Under the pieces are notes generated by a model. It searched no databases and was not told where the DNA came from. It worked only from the letters and a program-made list of their open reading frames with translations. This document shows positions 1 through 12,124 of a stretch of 64,000 nt of DNA, in pieces. This DNA comes from an uncultured Clostridium sp. (GTDB taxonomy: Bacteria; Bacillota; Clostridia; TANB77; CAG-508). The translations under genes and the position numbers were made by a program. Location of the stretch: contig CANSWM010000002.1 of assembly GCA_947650745.1 (NCBI GenBank), forward strand, positions 503-64,502, given 5' to 3'. The first letter of the stretch is position 1. Every line of letters starts with the position of its first letter.

Positions 1-434
1 GGGTCTTCTGCCATTTTGTTGTTTAGTACATCTAATAATGTTTTTTCATTATCATCATCTTCTTCATAAGAAGATGTATTTAGTGATAGATATGAATTAA
101 GTGGCATGTGTTTTTGTCTATTTGATGTTTTTATTGCTGTTATTAGTTGTCTTTCTATACACATATTTGCAAATGTTTTAAATGTATTTTGTTTATCTTG
201 TTTAAAGCTTTGTATTGCCTTATATAGTCCTATCATACCCTCTTGAAATATATCATCTTTTTCTGCACCAACAATAAAATACTTGCTTGATTTCATGTAA
301 ACAAGCTCTTTATATTTACTAATTAAATAATCTAATGCTGCTTTATCGTTATTTTGAATATATGAAATGATTTCTTCGTCTGTCATTTCATTAAAATTAT
401 CATTAAGCCTAAAAAGCTTTGTAGCTTCTTCCAT
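1..434 (-). CDS. sigH: RNA polymerase sporulation sigma factor SigH (N-terminal part; C-terminus runs off window start)
   Basis: Minus-strand translation ...DYLISKYKELVYMKSSKYFIVGAEKDDIFQEGMIGLYKAIQSFK...CIERQLITAIKTSNRQKHMPLNSY matches B. subtilis SigH region 2 almost residue for residue; ATG at 434 preceded by GGAGGAGA RBS. Confidence 0.8.
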   Translation of the reverse strand, partial: MEEATKLFRLNDNFNEMTDEEIISYIQNNDKAALDYLISKYKELVYMKSSKYFIVGAEKDDIFQEGMIGLYKAIQSFKQDKQNTFKTFANMCIERQLITAIKTSNRQKHMPLNSYLSLNTSSYEEDDDNEKTLLDVLNNKMAED

Positions 435-548
435 TTGTCTCCTCCTGCAATTTCTTAAGATATATTATATCCATAAATATCCTTTAGTGTCAAGTGTTTT
501 GTCTAATTTAAAGCATCTTTTTACTACTTCTAGTCGTATCAAGACTTA

Positions 549-596
549 AAAAGCCCCCCTCTGGCATTAACAAAATTGCCAAAGGGGGGCTTTCCT
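549..596. terminator. GC-rich hairpin (aagcccccctctggc...gccaaaggggggctt), bidirectional rho-independent terminator candidate
   Basis: 8-bp G/C stem plus flanking pairs, located between ORF 605-1138 and sigH. Confidence 0.6.
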
Positions 597-604
597 GCGA
601 TTAA

Positions 605-1138
605 TTAGACCAGTTCTTTCTTTTCTCTTGCAGCTATCTGGTTCACAGTCTTGGTAATATTCTTAATCACATTCCTCTGCATTGGGTTGTTTTTCATCAT
701 CTTTTTGATTTTGAGCCTTGCTAATATTGCTGTAGCTATCATGCATAACCCAAACAAATATACAGATGAAATTAAGATTACCATTGTAATAATCATAACT
801 GCATATCTTATGATTATTAATAAAGTGCTTGAAGAACTGTTGTAGCACCATCTGTATACTGCGTTACTCGCTGCCATCTCTTCCCTTTCCTTCGCCATTG
901 CGGTTACCTGGTCGTGTCTTTGGTCTGTCCATCCATATGCGTAAGCTGTTTGTTCTGCCGCTGCCTGTACCTTTCCTTGATAGATGCACAGTATTGAGAA
1001 CCAAAGCACATATCCCATGCAAAGTATAACTACAATCGATATGGTCATAAGAATTGCTACACCTTTTTTGCCTGTTGGAATTAACCGTTTTCTTGTTTTC
1101 ACTGTCCCTTTTCTTCTTGCCATGTCCTTTCCCTCCAA
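605..1138 (-). CDS. hypothetical membrane protein (K/R-rich N-terminus, 3-4 predicted TM segments); contains an unusually GC-rich internal segment 860-1000
   Basis: Intact 177-aa ORF, hydrophobic stretches; no recognisable motif. Confidence 0.35.
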   Translation of the reverse strand: MEGKDMARRKGTVKTRKRLIPTGKKGVAILMTISIVVILCMGYVLWFSILCIYQGKVQAAAEQTAYAYGWTDQRHDQVTAMAKEREEMAASNAVYRWCYNSSSSTLLIIIRYAVMIITMVILISSVYLFGLCMIATAILARLKIKKMMKNNPMQRNVIKNITKTVNQIAAREKKELV

Positions 1139-1200
1139 ATTTTCCAGCCTCTCGGGCTTATTATATTTATATTATAACATAGATTTGTCAATTTTGCAAA

Positions 1201-2475
1201 TTAACGGTCTCCCTGACGAAAAGGCATTTCTATTCTTTTTTGTCTTGTGTTTCTAGATTTTATGCCTCTTTTTGTGTTATTCATATTATCATATTTTGAC
1301 ATGTCTTTTATTCCGTTTCTAAATTCTTCTTGCTTTGCTGCTCTTGCACTAATATTTCTTACTTCACCTAATACATATTCTTTTTCTAAATGCTTATAAT
1401 TATTATTTAGAATTCTTTGAACTTCTGGCATTACATACTGCACATCTATTTTATATTTTTCATCTGTATTCATAGTTTCTGCAATTAATTCATATAATCT
1501 TTTTATTTCTAAAAATTCATTTTCGTGTACTCTGCCTGATTTTACTACTCTTTCAGTTTCTTCTCTAAAATATTTTATAAAGATTTCCTCTATTAGTTCT
1601 CCTACAGCTTGTACCGCTTCTGCTCTTGCATATTTTACTTCTTCTTCTAAAAAGTCTATTCTTTCTTCTATTGTATCTTCTGTTCCTTTATATTTTAGTT
1701 CTTCTTGGTATTCCCTTGAACTAAATATTACCATGTATTCTTCTTTATTTTGTAAATTAGCAAAGTCTTCTTGTATCTTTTGAATTTCTTCAGAATTTCT
1801 ATCTTTATCTTGATATCTAATCATAATATTTGCAATCCCTGTCATAGTTCTTGCTTTTTGTTCTAAAAAATATATTTCGTCTGTCTCCTCTGTAAAATTT
1901 CTCCATTCCCTCTCTGTCATATTTAACTGTCTCCTTGGGTTTGTTCTTGGATTTCCTGTTCCAAGTTTCATTATTTTTTCTGAACCTATTGCAAGTTCCA
2001 AAATCTTAAATAGATTTGTTAAATTTTTATAGAAATTAATTGGTGTACCTGCTTTTTCAAGTATCCAATTAACATATCCTTCTCCCAAGCCCCTTCCTAC
2101 TATTTTACCATTCGGAAGCTCAGCTAATATTCCTGTTCCAGCACATATATTATATCTTAAACATTCTACGAATGTTCTAAGTAATACTGCATGTGTACCT
2201 TCATGTAGTGTTATAAGTCGCATGTCTTCATTTTCTTCAATATCATATGGATTTAATTCTTCTTGCTTACTATATAACCTGATTATTTTTTGAGAATAAT
2301 TGTATTCCCCATCTAATGAATTACTTTTAGTTGTATATACTCCTTCTAAATCTTCCATCTTTCTTTTAGCAAAACCTCTTCCAAATGTTTTTGAAAATAA
2401 CTCACAACCATCTAATATCTTTGATACATTTTCTTTTATATATTCTTTTACTTCTAAATTATCTACGTTTTCCAT
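1201..2475 (-). CDS. hypothetical protein with HExxH (HEGTH) zinc-metallopeptidase-like motif and C-terminal coiled-coil
   Basis: 424-aa intact ORF; motif LITLHEGTHAVL; E/K-rich repeats. Confidence 0.45.
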   Translation of the reverse strand: MENVDNLEVKEYIKENVSKILDGCELFSKTFGRGFAKRKMEDLEGVYTTKSNSLDGEYNYSQKIIRLYSKQEELNPYDIEENEDMRLITLHEGTHAVLLRTFVECLRYNICAGTGILAELPNGKIVGRGLGEGYVNWILEKAGTPINFYKNLTNLFKILELAIGSEKIMKLGTGNPRTNPRRQLNMTEREWRNFTEETDEIYFLEQKARTMTGIANIMIRYQDKDRNSEEIQKIQEDFANLQNKEEYMVIFSSREYQEELKYKGTEDTIEERIDFLEEEVKYARAEAVQAVGELIEEIFIKYFREETERVVKSGRVHENEFLEIKRLYELIAETMNTDEKYKIDVQYVMPEVQRILNNNYKHLEKEYVLGEVRNISARAAKQEEFRNGIKDMSKYDNMNNTKRGIKSRNTRQKRIEMPFRQGDR

Positions 2476-2525
2476 TTTGCTTTAATATATCTCTCCTTGT
2501 TTAATTTAAATGACACCTTTTTATT

Positions 2526-3872
2526 TTATATTAAAGTTTTAATCGTTTCTACGATTCCTTTAATATATCCTTCTTTTTCATTTAGTAGTTTTTCTAAGTC
2601 TTTATCATTGTTTATATATCCGTAGTTCAATTAAATATGCCTCTACTCCAATGTTTGAATTATAGTACATATTTTTTCCCATCTTTGTATTTCTTCCATC
2701 TACATATGCTCCTGTTGCAATACCTCCAGTTTCTCTTAGCATATAAAGGTATGGTGTTTCTTTAGTTATTTTATATGGTGTATATCCTAATTCTTCAGCC
2801 TCTTTTCTTGATTCTTCTATTTCATTTTCTTTAAATGTTCTAGCATATACTCCTTCTTCTTTCTTATATACTGCTTCTAAGGTTGAATATTTTGTATTTG
2901 CATACTTTGCAATATTGCTTGCAAATGTTTTTGCTGTGTTTAAATTTGTTTTTGCTGGTACATATATTTCTACTCCATATTGTGAGTTTACTTCTTCTAT
3001 ACTATTTAGATGAATTGAAAATACATATTTAGCTTTTGATTTTCCGTACAATATTTACTCTTCCATTTTCGTCATATACATTTTGTACTCCAAACTTTTC
3101 TTTATCTTCTGTTCCATCTCTTGTAATTTTAACTTTTAGTCCTAAATCTTCTAGTTCTCTTTTTAATATTTTACTATACTCTAATGTTAAGTTTGCTTCT
3201 TCATAGCCTTTGTATTTTGCTCCTACATCTGAGCCTCCATGCCCTGGGTCTATTACAACATCATATACATCCTTTGGAAGATGTGCAATTTTAGATTCTA
3301 TAAGCATATAGTTTATGTTTTTTTCTTCTGTTTTATAGTTATTAAATTTTATTTCTATTTTATTATTTGAATTGTTTTTTGTTATTGTATAATATGTTAT
3401 TTCACCATATTCTGTGGTATTTTTAATTGTGTAATACTTATATTCTTTCTTGCCATAGGCTACTTCAATTAACATATAATATTTGTTTGCTGAAATTTTT
3501 TCTAAGTCTATTCCGCTCGTTTATTAAATCTGATGTATAGAATTCTAAACTTCCATCAGTTTTTTTATACTCTAAATCTATTTTTTCTTCTGTTTCATCT
3601 AATTTTTTCAAAATTAGTTTAACACTTTTTATATTTGGAATCTCTTCTTTTATTTCTCCTTCTACATTTAAATGTGTTCCATATACCATGTATTTTGTTA
3701 GCTCTGCATATGAATTTTCTACTTTTGCAAAGATTTTTGCCATTTCTGTTTTATTCGCTTCTTCGTAAAAATACATTTCATATATAGCTGCAGCACCTAA
3801 TAGTATTATTAATACTATTACAAATAAGATTATCAGTATCCCTCCATGGTTTTGTTCTAAGCCTTTTTTCAT
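2526..3872 (-). pseudogene. membrane-anchored N-acetylmuramoyl-L-alanine amidase (Amidase_3 family), interrupted by three +1 frameshifts (near 2613, 3043, 3513)
   Basis: ORFs 3465-3872, 3029-3475, 2605-3051 plus a 2526-2612 tail join into one protein. N-terminal TM helix, VVIDPGHGGSDVGA motif, Amidase_3 C-domain. Each junction is an in-frame CGG before a Gly codon. Confidence 0.7.
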
Positions 3873-6128
3873 TCTTCCTCCATAACTTCATATTCATATA
3901 CACAAATTATTTTTGTTTTTATTTCTATTTCGTTTATTTCTTGGTTTATTCTAAATAACTTTTGTTTTTTAGGTTCTAACTTAAGTTTGCTCATATCTAC
4001 TAATATTTTATCTGAGACATTCATTCCGAAGTGGTAATGTTTTATTATTGTTTTCATAATATGCAATATTAGTTAGAGGTATTGCTTTTGTATTTTCATT
4101 TAATTTTATATTATATAAATTTATTTTAGTAGCCTCTTTCAATGTAGAATCTAGTGCATTTTGCGGATTAATGTATAGAATATTATATGTTCCAGTATTT
4201 ATTACATTTTCACTTGCATAGAATAGATTTATTTTAGTTCCTATTTTGCTTTTATCAATAGCATTTTCTAGACTCTGTATTGCATCTTTTAAGATTTCAA
4301 TATATTGATTATTTTTTGTAGTTTTATTTATATCTAAAATTCTAAACTTACTTTTTTTAATTTCTCTATGTTTATTGTTTCCTAATGTATTTATTTTTGT
4401 TTTGTCTTCTGTCATTCCTCCAAATATATCAAAGTCTTCTGATGAAAACAATATTTCTTCTTGCAATGCTTCTTTTTTTATTTCTTCAATATGCTTTTTA
4501 AAGTCACTTTTTGCCTCTGTTCTTAAATCATTTATATCTTCTAAAATATCTGTACTCGATAAATATAGGCTATCACATTCTTCTTTTAAAAATTTCTCTC
4601 TATTTTCTTTATCAAATTTTTTTCCTAATTCTTCTATATCTTGTTCATAATCAAATGTTTTTTCTATATTTCTTTGCACTTTTTCTTCTATTTTTTCTGG
4701 TTCATTTAGTCCGAAGCATATTGTCTTTATTTACAAACTTCCAAAATTCAAAGATGCTTTTTTTGTGTTCTTCTATTTCTTCTATATAGCTTTTTGCATT
4801 TTCTATCTTTTTTGCTAGTCTTTCTAATGTACCCTCTAATGCTTTTATATCTAATGTTGTATTTCTTATCTGGCTTTGCGTTCTTTCTAATACTTTTGTT
4901 ACATCAACTAAATCTTCTATTGTATAGTATTCTTTGTCATCATATATTAGATTTTCTTTATCTTCTTCGTTTTCATACCTTTTCTTTGGAAGTATAATTT
5001 CTTCTTTTTCTTTCATCTTTTTGTTTCCTCTAAAGAAGTATCTTATTCTACCAAAAAAACTTTTTTTGCATGCTAAATATGTAGTTACTTGTTTTTGTCT
5101 TATCTGATATTCATCTTGTTTTTCTTGTTCTTCTCTTCTTAAAATTTCTAATTTATCACAAAGTACAAATAGTTCTTCTTTTTCTTTTTCACATTGTAAT
5201 TTGTTTTTTAGAAATTCTTCTCTTATAAATTTAGGTAAGTTTTCATAGTCTATTACTTTTACTCCTGAATCTGATGTATATATATATTCTAGTCCTCCGA
5301 TTTTCTGCAATTCGAACTTCAAAGTTATATCTATTTGGAAATTCCATGTTTAATATAAATAATGCTTTTATTAGTTTATAAAATCTTACTGCTTCTTCCT
5401 CATTATTTAATACTATTTTATATATACTGTTTACCTTTTCATATACGTTAGTATCTCCGAACTATTTGAAAACTCATATTTTCTTGTTTGTCATATACTT
5501 CATATACAAGAGGCCAGTTTTTTGTAAATTGCCATAGATATTTTTCTATGTCTTCTACTTGTGATTTTGTGAAATATCTTTTTGAATAGTCTAAATGACT
5601 TATTGGAACAAATATCATTTTGTCTATACCAGTTTTTTCATATTGTATTTGTTCTTTTATCAGATAAAAAAGGCAAGAGCAGTCTAAATCTTCTATTGGA
5701 GCTATCATATAATAGTTTTTTGAATATTCCGAATAATATATTTGCCATAAATAATTTTCTTCATATTTAACTTTAAATGGTATATTCTCATTTAATTTCT
5801 TTTGCTCTTCTTCTATTTCTTTAATCTCATCTATTTTCATATCTTGTATCATTTTTAGAAATATTGTGTGTTTTAGTATGCCTTCTTCTCCTTCTGGTAA
5901 AAGATATGTGTATAGAGGGGATGCCATTTTGCTTTTTTCTTGCAAGCTATTTAGTCTATTTGCTTTTGTTAGTAATATTTTTATTTTGCTTATTGGTACA
6001 TATTTATATACTTTATACTTTTTTTCTTCATAGCTTCTTGCTGATGTAATTTCTGTATCTGTTGTTCCTATTAGTATCTTTGGTATATTGTTTAAATCTA
6101 AATTTAAATATTTTAATTTTTCTTCCAT
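3869..6128 (-). pseudogene. large (~750 aa) hypothetical E/K-rich coiled-coil protein, split by four +1 frameshifts (near 4022, 4712, 5300, 5455)
   Basis: ORFs 5448-6128, the 5330-5450 linker, 4702-5322, 4008-4679 and 3869-4066 read as one stop-free frame after deleting one C at each CGG site. Confidence 0.5.
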
Positions 6129-6295
6129 ATCTTTTGTTTTTTCTCCCTTTACGCAAAATGTAATATTATCTTTATATTTTACTATATTTGAGGTTAGAAA
6201 TCAATAGAAAAAGGGTTAAGAATTTATTATTTTTGTAACAATTCAGTGCTCATACTGTAATATCTAAATTAAAATTGCAAAGAAATTGTTACTAT

Positions 6296-6340
6296 AAAAA
6301 CATCCCATAAATTAGCTTTATTTTGCTAATTTATGGGTAT
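6296..6340 (-). terminator. rho-independent terminator (13-bp stem cccataaattagc/gctaatttatggg + T-tract on minus strand)
   Basis: Perfect inverted repeat immediately downstream of ORF 6360-7547. Confidence 0.6.
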
Positions 6341-6359
6341 TTCTTTATAGATAGCTTAT

Positions 6360-7547
6360 TTATTTGCTATATGATAATCTGCTCCGGTTATTTCCTCCTT
6401 CAGTAATACTACATGATGTTAAAGGAATTGAGACTATTGGTCTTAAGGCATTACTAGGGACTGCATCATAATATGCAGAGTTTACAGTTTCGTCTCCCCA
6501 TAGAAAACCTTTTGAATTGCTTCTATTCATCGCATATAATCCAAACTCACTCGTTGGTTTTCCAACTCTAGTAAATCTCGATGAGAGCCAATATTCTTTG
6601 CAATTAGACGGACATACAGCCAATTCATAATATATTCCATTTTTCCATTGTTCTTCTTTTTTTTCTTCTGTAAAACCTACATTCCAATGTGAATGAATAA
6701 CATTTATAGTTCCACTTCCTCCACCATATCCTAGTATCCAATCTTGTTGATAACTTCTATTTGAGAAAGGTAGTCTATCTTCTTTATCCATTTCTCCCCA
6801 TAATTTTGGGTAACGTCCATTTCCATCTTTATTTTGAAAAACTGTTACTCCATTAATTCTTTCATTTTCCGTTCCCTTATTAAGTGTTGAATTCACATAG
6901 TTAACTTTTGTTTCTTCTTCTATATCCTCTATTTTCATATTTCTTACGACTATACCAGTATATTCATTATTTGTATAATTTGTACTACATATGTCGTCTA
7001 ATAATTTTACTCCATTATTATATCCATTAAATGAAGCTAATATTACTTTTGATGTGGTCGGTTTATTAGATATTAGAATTATTTTTCCATCTTTTATTTT
7101 CCAAATTCTCCATTTTAAATCTTCTGTATCATATGTTTCTGGATTTGTTCTTCCTGCTAACTGGCTTATTGTATATGTCTTAGTTTCATCATTGTTATCG
7201 CTTATTGGACTTTGATAAGGTTCTCCTTTAGGTTCATAATCTATGTATTTTCCTAAGTAGCTATTTGGTCTCATATTGTCAAGATTTAACGTTCCATCTG
7301 GATTTTTTATACTTCCTCCACCATTTCCATATAAATAATCTCCTATCACACTTGAAGCTTTATCTATATCATTTTTTTCTTTGTTCTGAGCTGCTTCATA
7401 TTGCTCTGCTCCTTCTATTGTTTGATTTACTATGTCATGTTCAACTACCGATTTTATTGCAACTGCTGCTAATATTATTAATATTATTATTGTTATTAGT
7501 AGTGCTACTAGTGTTATTCCTTCTTCTTTTCTTAGTATTTCTTTCAT
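6360..7547 (-). CDS. secreted/surface protein with prepilin-like N-terminal domain (EEGITLVALLITIIILIILAAVAI) and large extracellular domain
   Basis: 395-aa intact ORF; class-III signal-like hydrophobic N-terminus resembling type IV pilin/pseudopilin leader (no Glu at +5). Confidence 0.45.
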   Translation of the reverse strand: MKEILRKEEGITLVALLITIIILIILAAVAIKSVVEHDIVNQTIEGAEQYEAAQNKEKNDIDKASSVIGDYLYGNGGGSIKNPDGTLNLDNMRPNSYLGKYIDYEPKGEPYQSPISDNNDETKTYTISQLAGRTNPETYDTEDLKWRIWKIKDGKIILISNKPTTSKVILASFNGYNNGVKLLDDICSTNYTNNEYTGIVVRNMKIEDIEEETKVNYVNSTLNKGTENERINGVTVFQNKDGNGRYPKLWGEMDKEDRLPFSNRSYQQDWILGYGGGSGTINVIHSHWNVGFTEEKKEEQWKNGIYYELAVCPSNCKEYWLSSRFTRVGKPTSEFGLYAMNRSNSKGFLWGDETVNSAYYDAVPSNALRPIVSIPLTSCSITEGGNNRSRLSYSK

Positions 7548-7844
7548 TTTTTCTTTTGTCTCCTCTCAATTTATTTTTTCTTATTATATTGTTTCTTTGT
7601 TTTTTGTTTCAATAAATTCACTATTTTTAGCTTATAACTTATTGACATAACAATTTTAAAGGAGACTAAAAATGTTTCTCTTTAGCTTTTTTTAATTTTT
7701 ATGATAAATTGTATATAGTAGGTGAAATGAATGTGATTACAGGTAAAATTATGATTAAATTAGACTCATATCTAAAAGCTCTCAAATATTAGTTATTTCT
7801 AATATCTGAGAGCCTTTTGCTTATTTTATTATCTTTGGTTTTAC

Positions 7845-10486
7845 TTAAGACAAAATTTCTCTTTTACTATCTTTTTCTTTATATGCGTATACAGGTTTTC
7901 CAAAAATTAGCTCATTTAATTTCTTTTGCATTTCCATTATAACTATTGGAACAAGTGATATTCCTGCAATGGTTAACCATTGTATGTTATTTAATGGAAC
8001 TAAGTTAAATATTTCTCTTACATTTGGAATAACTACTATTCCGCACTTGCATTATGATTCCTGCCACAAATGCTAAACATAGATATTTGTTTTTTAAGAT
8101 TCCACATTTAAATATTGATTCTTCACTTCTTATGTTAAAACTATGTACCATCTCTATTAATCCGTAGGGTAACAAATGCCATTGTTCTTGCAACTTCTAG
8201 CCCATAATATTTGTTTGCAAAGCTAAATACTAGTAGTGTTAGAACTCCAAGCATTGTGCCTTCTACTATTATTTTGCTCCATAATCCATCTGCAAATATA
8301 CCTTTTCTTGCATCTTTTGGTTTTCTATTCATTATGTCTTTATCTTCTGGCTCTAGTCCTAAAGCTATTGCTGGGAATGAGTCTGTAACTAAGTTTATCC
8401 ACAAAAGCTGTATTGCAAGTAGTGGTGAGTTCATTCCTAAAAGTAAGCCTATAAATATTGTTACAATTTCGCCAATGTTTGTTGCAATTAAGAAATGTAT
8501 TGCTTTCCTTATGTTCTCATATATTCCCCTTCCTTGTTTTACCGCTTCTACTATTGTTACAAAATTATCATCTGTTAAAATCATGTCTGATGCATTTTTT
8601 GCAACGTCAGTTCCGATTTAGCCCCATTGATACTCCGTATATCTGCATTTTTTAATGCTGGTGCGTCATTTACACCATCTCCTGTCATTGCAACTATTCT
8701 TCCTGTGCTTCTAAATGCTTTTACTATTCTAACTTTGTGTTCTGGCGAAACTCTTGCAAATACACTATATTTCATAATATCTTTTTCTAAAACATTTTGT
8801 GGTATTTTATCTAACTCTTTTCCAGTTATTGCAAGTGTGTTTTTTGTTAATATTCCGAAGGTCTTTTGCTATTGCCTTTGCTGTTTGTATATGGTCTCCT
8901 GTTATCATTACCGTTTTTATTCCTGCATTTTTGCAAGTTCTTATTGCATTTTTTACTCCTTCTCTTGGAGGGTCTATCATTCCGAATTAGTCCGAACAAA
9001 AATTAAGTTTTGCTCTATAGTTTTATCTTCCATATTAGATGGCAATACTTCTACATCTTTATATGCAACTGCAATTACTCTTAAAGCCTTATCAGCCATA
9101 TTTGAATTTTCGTTTAATATTTTATCTTTACTGCTAATGCTTAAACTATTTACTTCTCCGATTATCATAGATTTTTTCACATCTATTTAGCAAAATATCT
9201 ACTGCACCTTTTGTTATAACTCTATATTTATTTCCGTATTTTATGAACTGTTGTCATTAGTTTTCTTTCAGAATCAAATGGTATTTCTGATACTCTATTT
9301 GGTAAATCATTTTTATTTATCCCTACACTTAATGCTCTACTTACTATTGCATTTTCTGTTGGGTCTCCTGATATTTCTCCTGTATTTGATATAACGCTAT
9401 CTGTACACATTGTTCCTAATTCCAAAACGAACTCTGAATTTCCAAATGTTTCTACAACTTGCATTTTATTTTGTGTTAATGTTCCAGTTTTATCTGAGCA
9501 TATTATGCTGCTACTTCCTAAAGTTTCAACTGCTGCAAGTTTTCTAATTATTGCATTTTTCTTTGCCATTTTGGTTACACCTATTGAAAGCATTATTGTA
9601 ACTATCGCAGGTAGCCCCTCTGGTATTGCTGCAACTGCAAGTCCTATTGATGTCATGAACATTTCACGTACTGATATATGTTTTATTATTCCTATTAAAA
9701 ATATAAATGCACATATAAATAAGCATACTGTTCCTAAGCTTTTTCCTACTTCTTCTAGCTTTCTTTGAATTGGCGTTTGTGGTGCTTCATCTTCTGTTAT
9801 TGCTTTTGCAATTGCTCCTACTTTTGTCTCCATTCCTACTTTTGTGACTATTGCTTTTGCATGTCCATTTGTAATCATTGTTGTTGCAAATGCCATATTT
9901 ATCATATCTGCTTGACTTGCATCTTCTTTTAATATTGCATTTTCATCTTTTAAAACTGGAACTGTTTCGCCGAGTTAGAGATGATTCATCTATTTTTAAA
10001 TTATAGCTTTCTATTAGTCTACAGTCTGCTGGCACATAGTTTCCGGCTTCTAATATTATTATATCTCCTGGTACAACATCTTCCCCACTTATGTTTATTT
10101 GTTCTCCGGTCTCTTATAACTTTTGCAGTTGGTGCTGACATTTTCTTTAATGCCTCTAATGATTTTTCTGCTTTGTTTTCTTGAACTAGTCCCATTATGC
10201 TATTTAACACAACTATTGCAATTATTATAATTGCTTCTATATAATCGCCTGTCCCATCTATTTTTGCCATAACTGCTGAAACTACTGCTGCAGCTATTAA
10301 AATGATTATCATAAAATCGTTAAATTGCCCTATAAATCTTAAAAATAGGTTTTTGGATTTTTTCTTAGTTAATATGTTTTTTCCATATACCTCAAGCCTT
10401 GCCTCTGCTTCTCCTTGTTTTAGTCCCTTCTCAAAATTACTTTTTAAGTTTTTTCTTAAGTCTTCTTTAGATATCGTATGTTCCAT
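7845..10486 (-). pseudogene. P-type Ca2+-transporting ATPase, fragmented into at least 6 ORFs by ~10 +1 frameshifts
   Basis: Fragments carry P-type ATPase hallmarks ([30 protein letters not shown] helices). Junctions at plus-strand TCCG sites 8041, 8165, 8607, 8632, 8858, 8982, 8994, 9233, 9975, 10100. Start MEHTIS at 10486 with RBS. Confidence 0.8.
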
Positions 10487-10582
10487 TTTCGTATCTCTCC
10501 TTTTCCTTTTGTTTTTATAATATATATTAGACAAGTTTCTATTTTATGATTATTCGGGTTTGATTTTATCAAGAAAATAAAA

Positions 10583-11714
10583 ATGTGTATTAAGTCTATG
10601 TTAATAATTCTAAATTTTTATTTCTTTTCATATAATTTTGTTATGATTAAGAAAAAGGTTAGAACTAATTTCATATTTATACATTTACGAAAAAACGCCC
10701 TTACTATTATTTTTGTTTTATTTGCAATTGGTCTTATTTGTTTTTCCAGAGATAATTTAGCAGCTTCTAAAGAGGGGCTTATTCTTTGGGCAACCTCTGT
10801 TGTACCTGCTCTTTTGCCATTTTTTATTGCATGTGAACTTCTTAGTTCTACTGATATTATTGATATTCTTGGTAAGAAATTAAGTAAAATAATGAGACCT
10901 CTTTTTAATGTTCCAGGAGAAGGAGCTTTTCCTCTTGTTATGGGTATTATTAGCGGATACCCTGTTGGTGCAAAAATTGTAACTAATTTTAGAAAAAATG
11001 GTATATGTACGAAAGAAGAATCTGAAAGACTTATTACTTTTACTAATAATTCTGGCCCTCTTTTTATTATTGGAACCGTTCGGTATTTCTCTTTTTGGAA
11101 ATACAACTATTGGGCTTGTCTTATTCTTGACTCATCTTTTAGCTTCTTTAACTGTTGGAATTTTATTTAGGTTTTGGAAATTTAAGAAAAAAAGTAGTTC
11201 TGAAAAATATAGTAATTATAAGTCAAATTTAAGCAAAAAATTACCCCCAACGTTTGGCAATTTAGGGGCTATTCTTCAAAGTAGCATTATGAGTAGTATA
11301 AATACTATTTTCATGATTGGCGGATTTGTTATGCTTTTTAGTGTTATTATTTCTATATTAAATAATGCTAAAATATTTGATTTATTAGGATTATTTGTCA
11401 GTCCTTTCTTAGATAAAATAAATCTTCCTTCTTCTTTTGCAAGTGGATTTTTTGCTGGAATAATTGAACTTACAAATGGTGTAGCTGTTATTTCTTCTAT
11501 TCCATTTAAAGCAATTTCTGTAAATATGATTATTTGTGCATTTTTATTAGGTTTTGGGGGAATTTCGATTTTACTTCAAGTTTTAAGTATTACATCATCT
11601 TCTGATATTTCTATAAAACCATATATTATTGGAAAACTTATGCAAGGAGCATTTGCGGCTTTATATACATACCTTCTTATTGCAAATTTTTCTTTTTTGA
11701 ACTTTGATATTTAG
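10583..11714 (+). pseudogene. ylbJ: YlbJ-like sporulation integral membrane protein (two nucleoside-recognition/Gate-like halves), one +1 frameshift near 11078
   Basis: ORFs 10583-11170 and 10998-11714 overlap. Deleting the C of in-frame gtt-CGG-tat gives ...FIIGTVGISLFGNTTIGL...; polytopic membrane protein. Confidence 0.5.
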
Positions 11715-11715
11715 A

Positions 11716-12060
11716 CTATCTATAATATCTTGTGCAATATCTATTATTACAGCCGCATCCACACCCTGTGTTATTTTCATTTCCATTATTATTGTTGTTA
11801 TTATTGCAATTTGTATTATCATCATCATTTATTAGATTCAAAATTACTCTTGTTATTGTTGCAGCTACAAGGGCAAGAATTGTATAAAGAATTACAAATA
11901 TTAAAAACATTGCATCAAATGCTGCAAATGCTACAATTAAATATATTGCAAAAGCAAGTAAAGCTACTGCTATTGGATTTTTTAATACTGTTTCTAATAT
12001 ACTTGCTATAATTATTGTTGCAACTGGAAGAGCAAATAGTAATAATGCAAGATTACCCAT
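11716..12060 (-). CDS. small membrane protein with poly-Asn / Cys-Gly-rich C-terminus
   Basis: 114-aa ORF, three hydrophobic segments, C-terminal NNNNNNNGNENNTGCGCGCNN. Confidence 0.35.
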   Translation of the reverse strand: MGNLALLLFALPVATIIIASILETVLKNPIAVALLAFAIYLIVAFAAFDAMFLIFVILYTILALVAATITRVILNLINDDDNTNCNNNNNNNGNENNTGCGCGCNNRYCTRYYR

Positions 12061-12124
12061 AATATGTATCTCTCCTTTTTTTAATGACTTTATACATATT
12101 ATGAGAAATATGGTCTTTTTGTTA

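Noticed and set aside
860-1000. GC-rich island inside ORF 605-1138 considered as a second DGR VR
   Set aside because: There is no similarity to the TR, and it is in-frame coding with no CGG-type frameshift. The cause of its GC-richness is unknown
4375-7650. Numerous plus-strand ORFs rich in L/F/S/I (for example 4511-4789, 7265-7615, 5864-6049)
   Set aside because: They are antisense shadows of the minus-strand genes in AT-rich DNA, with low-complexity composition and no start context
7845-10486. Interpreting the fragmented Ca-ATPase, truA, gltX, ftsE and others as ordinary decaying pseudogenes
   Set aside because: All the breaks share one stereotyped form (an extra C giving an in-frame CGG before a conserved Gly codon). 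They hit essential genes yet spare the prophage. Random decay would give mixed indel types and phases
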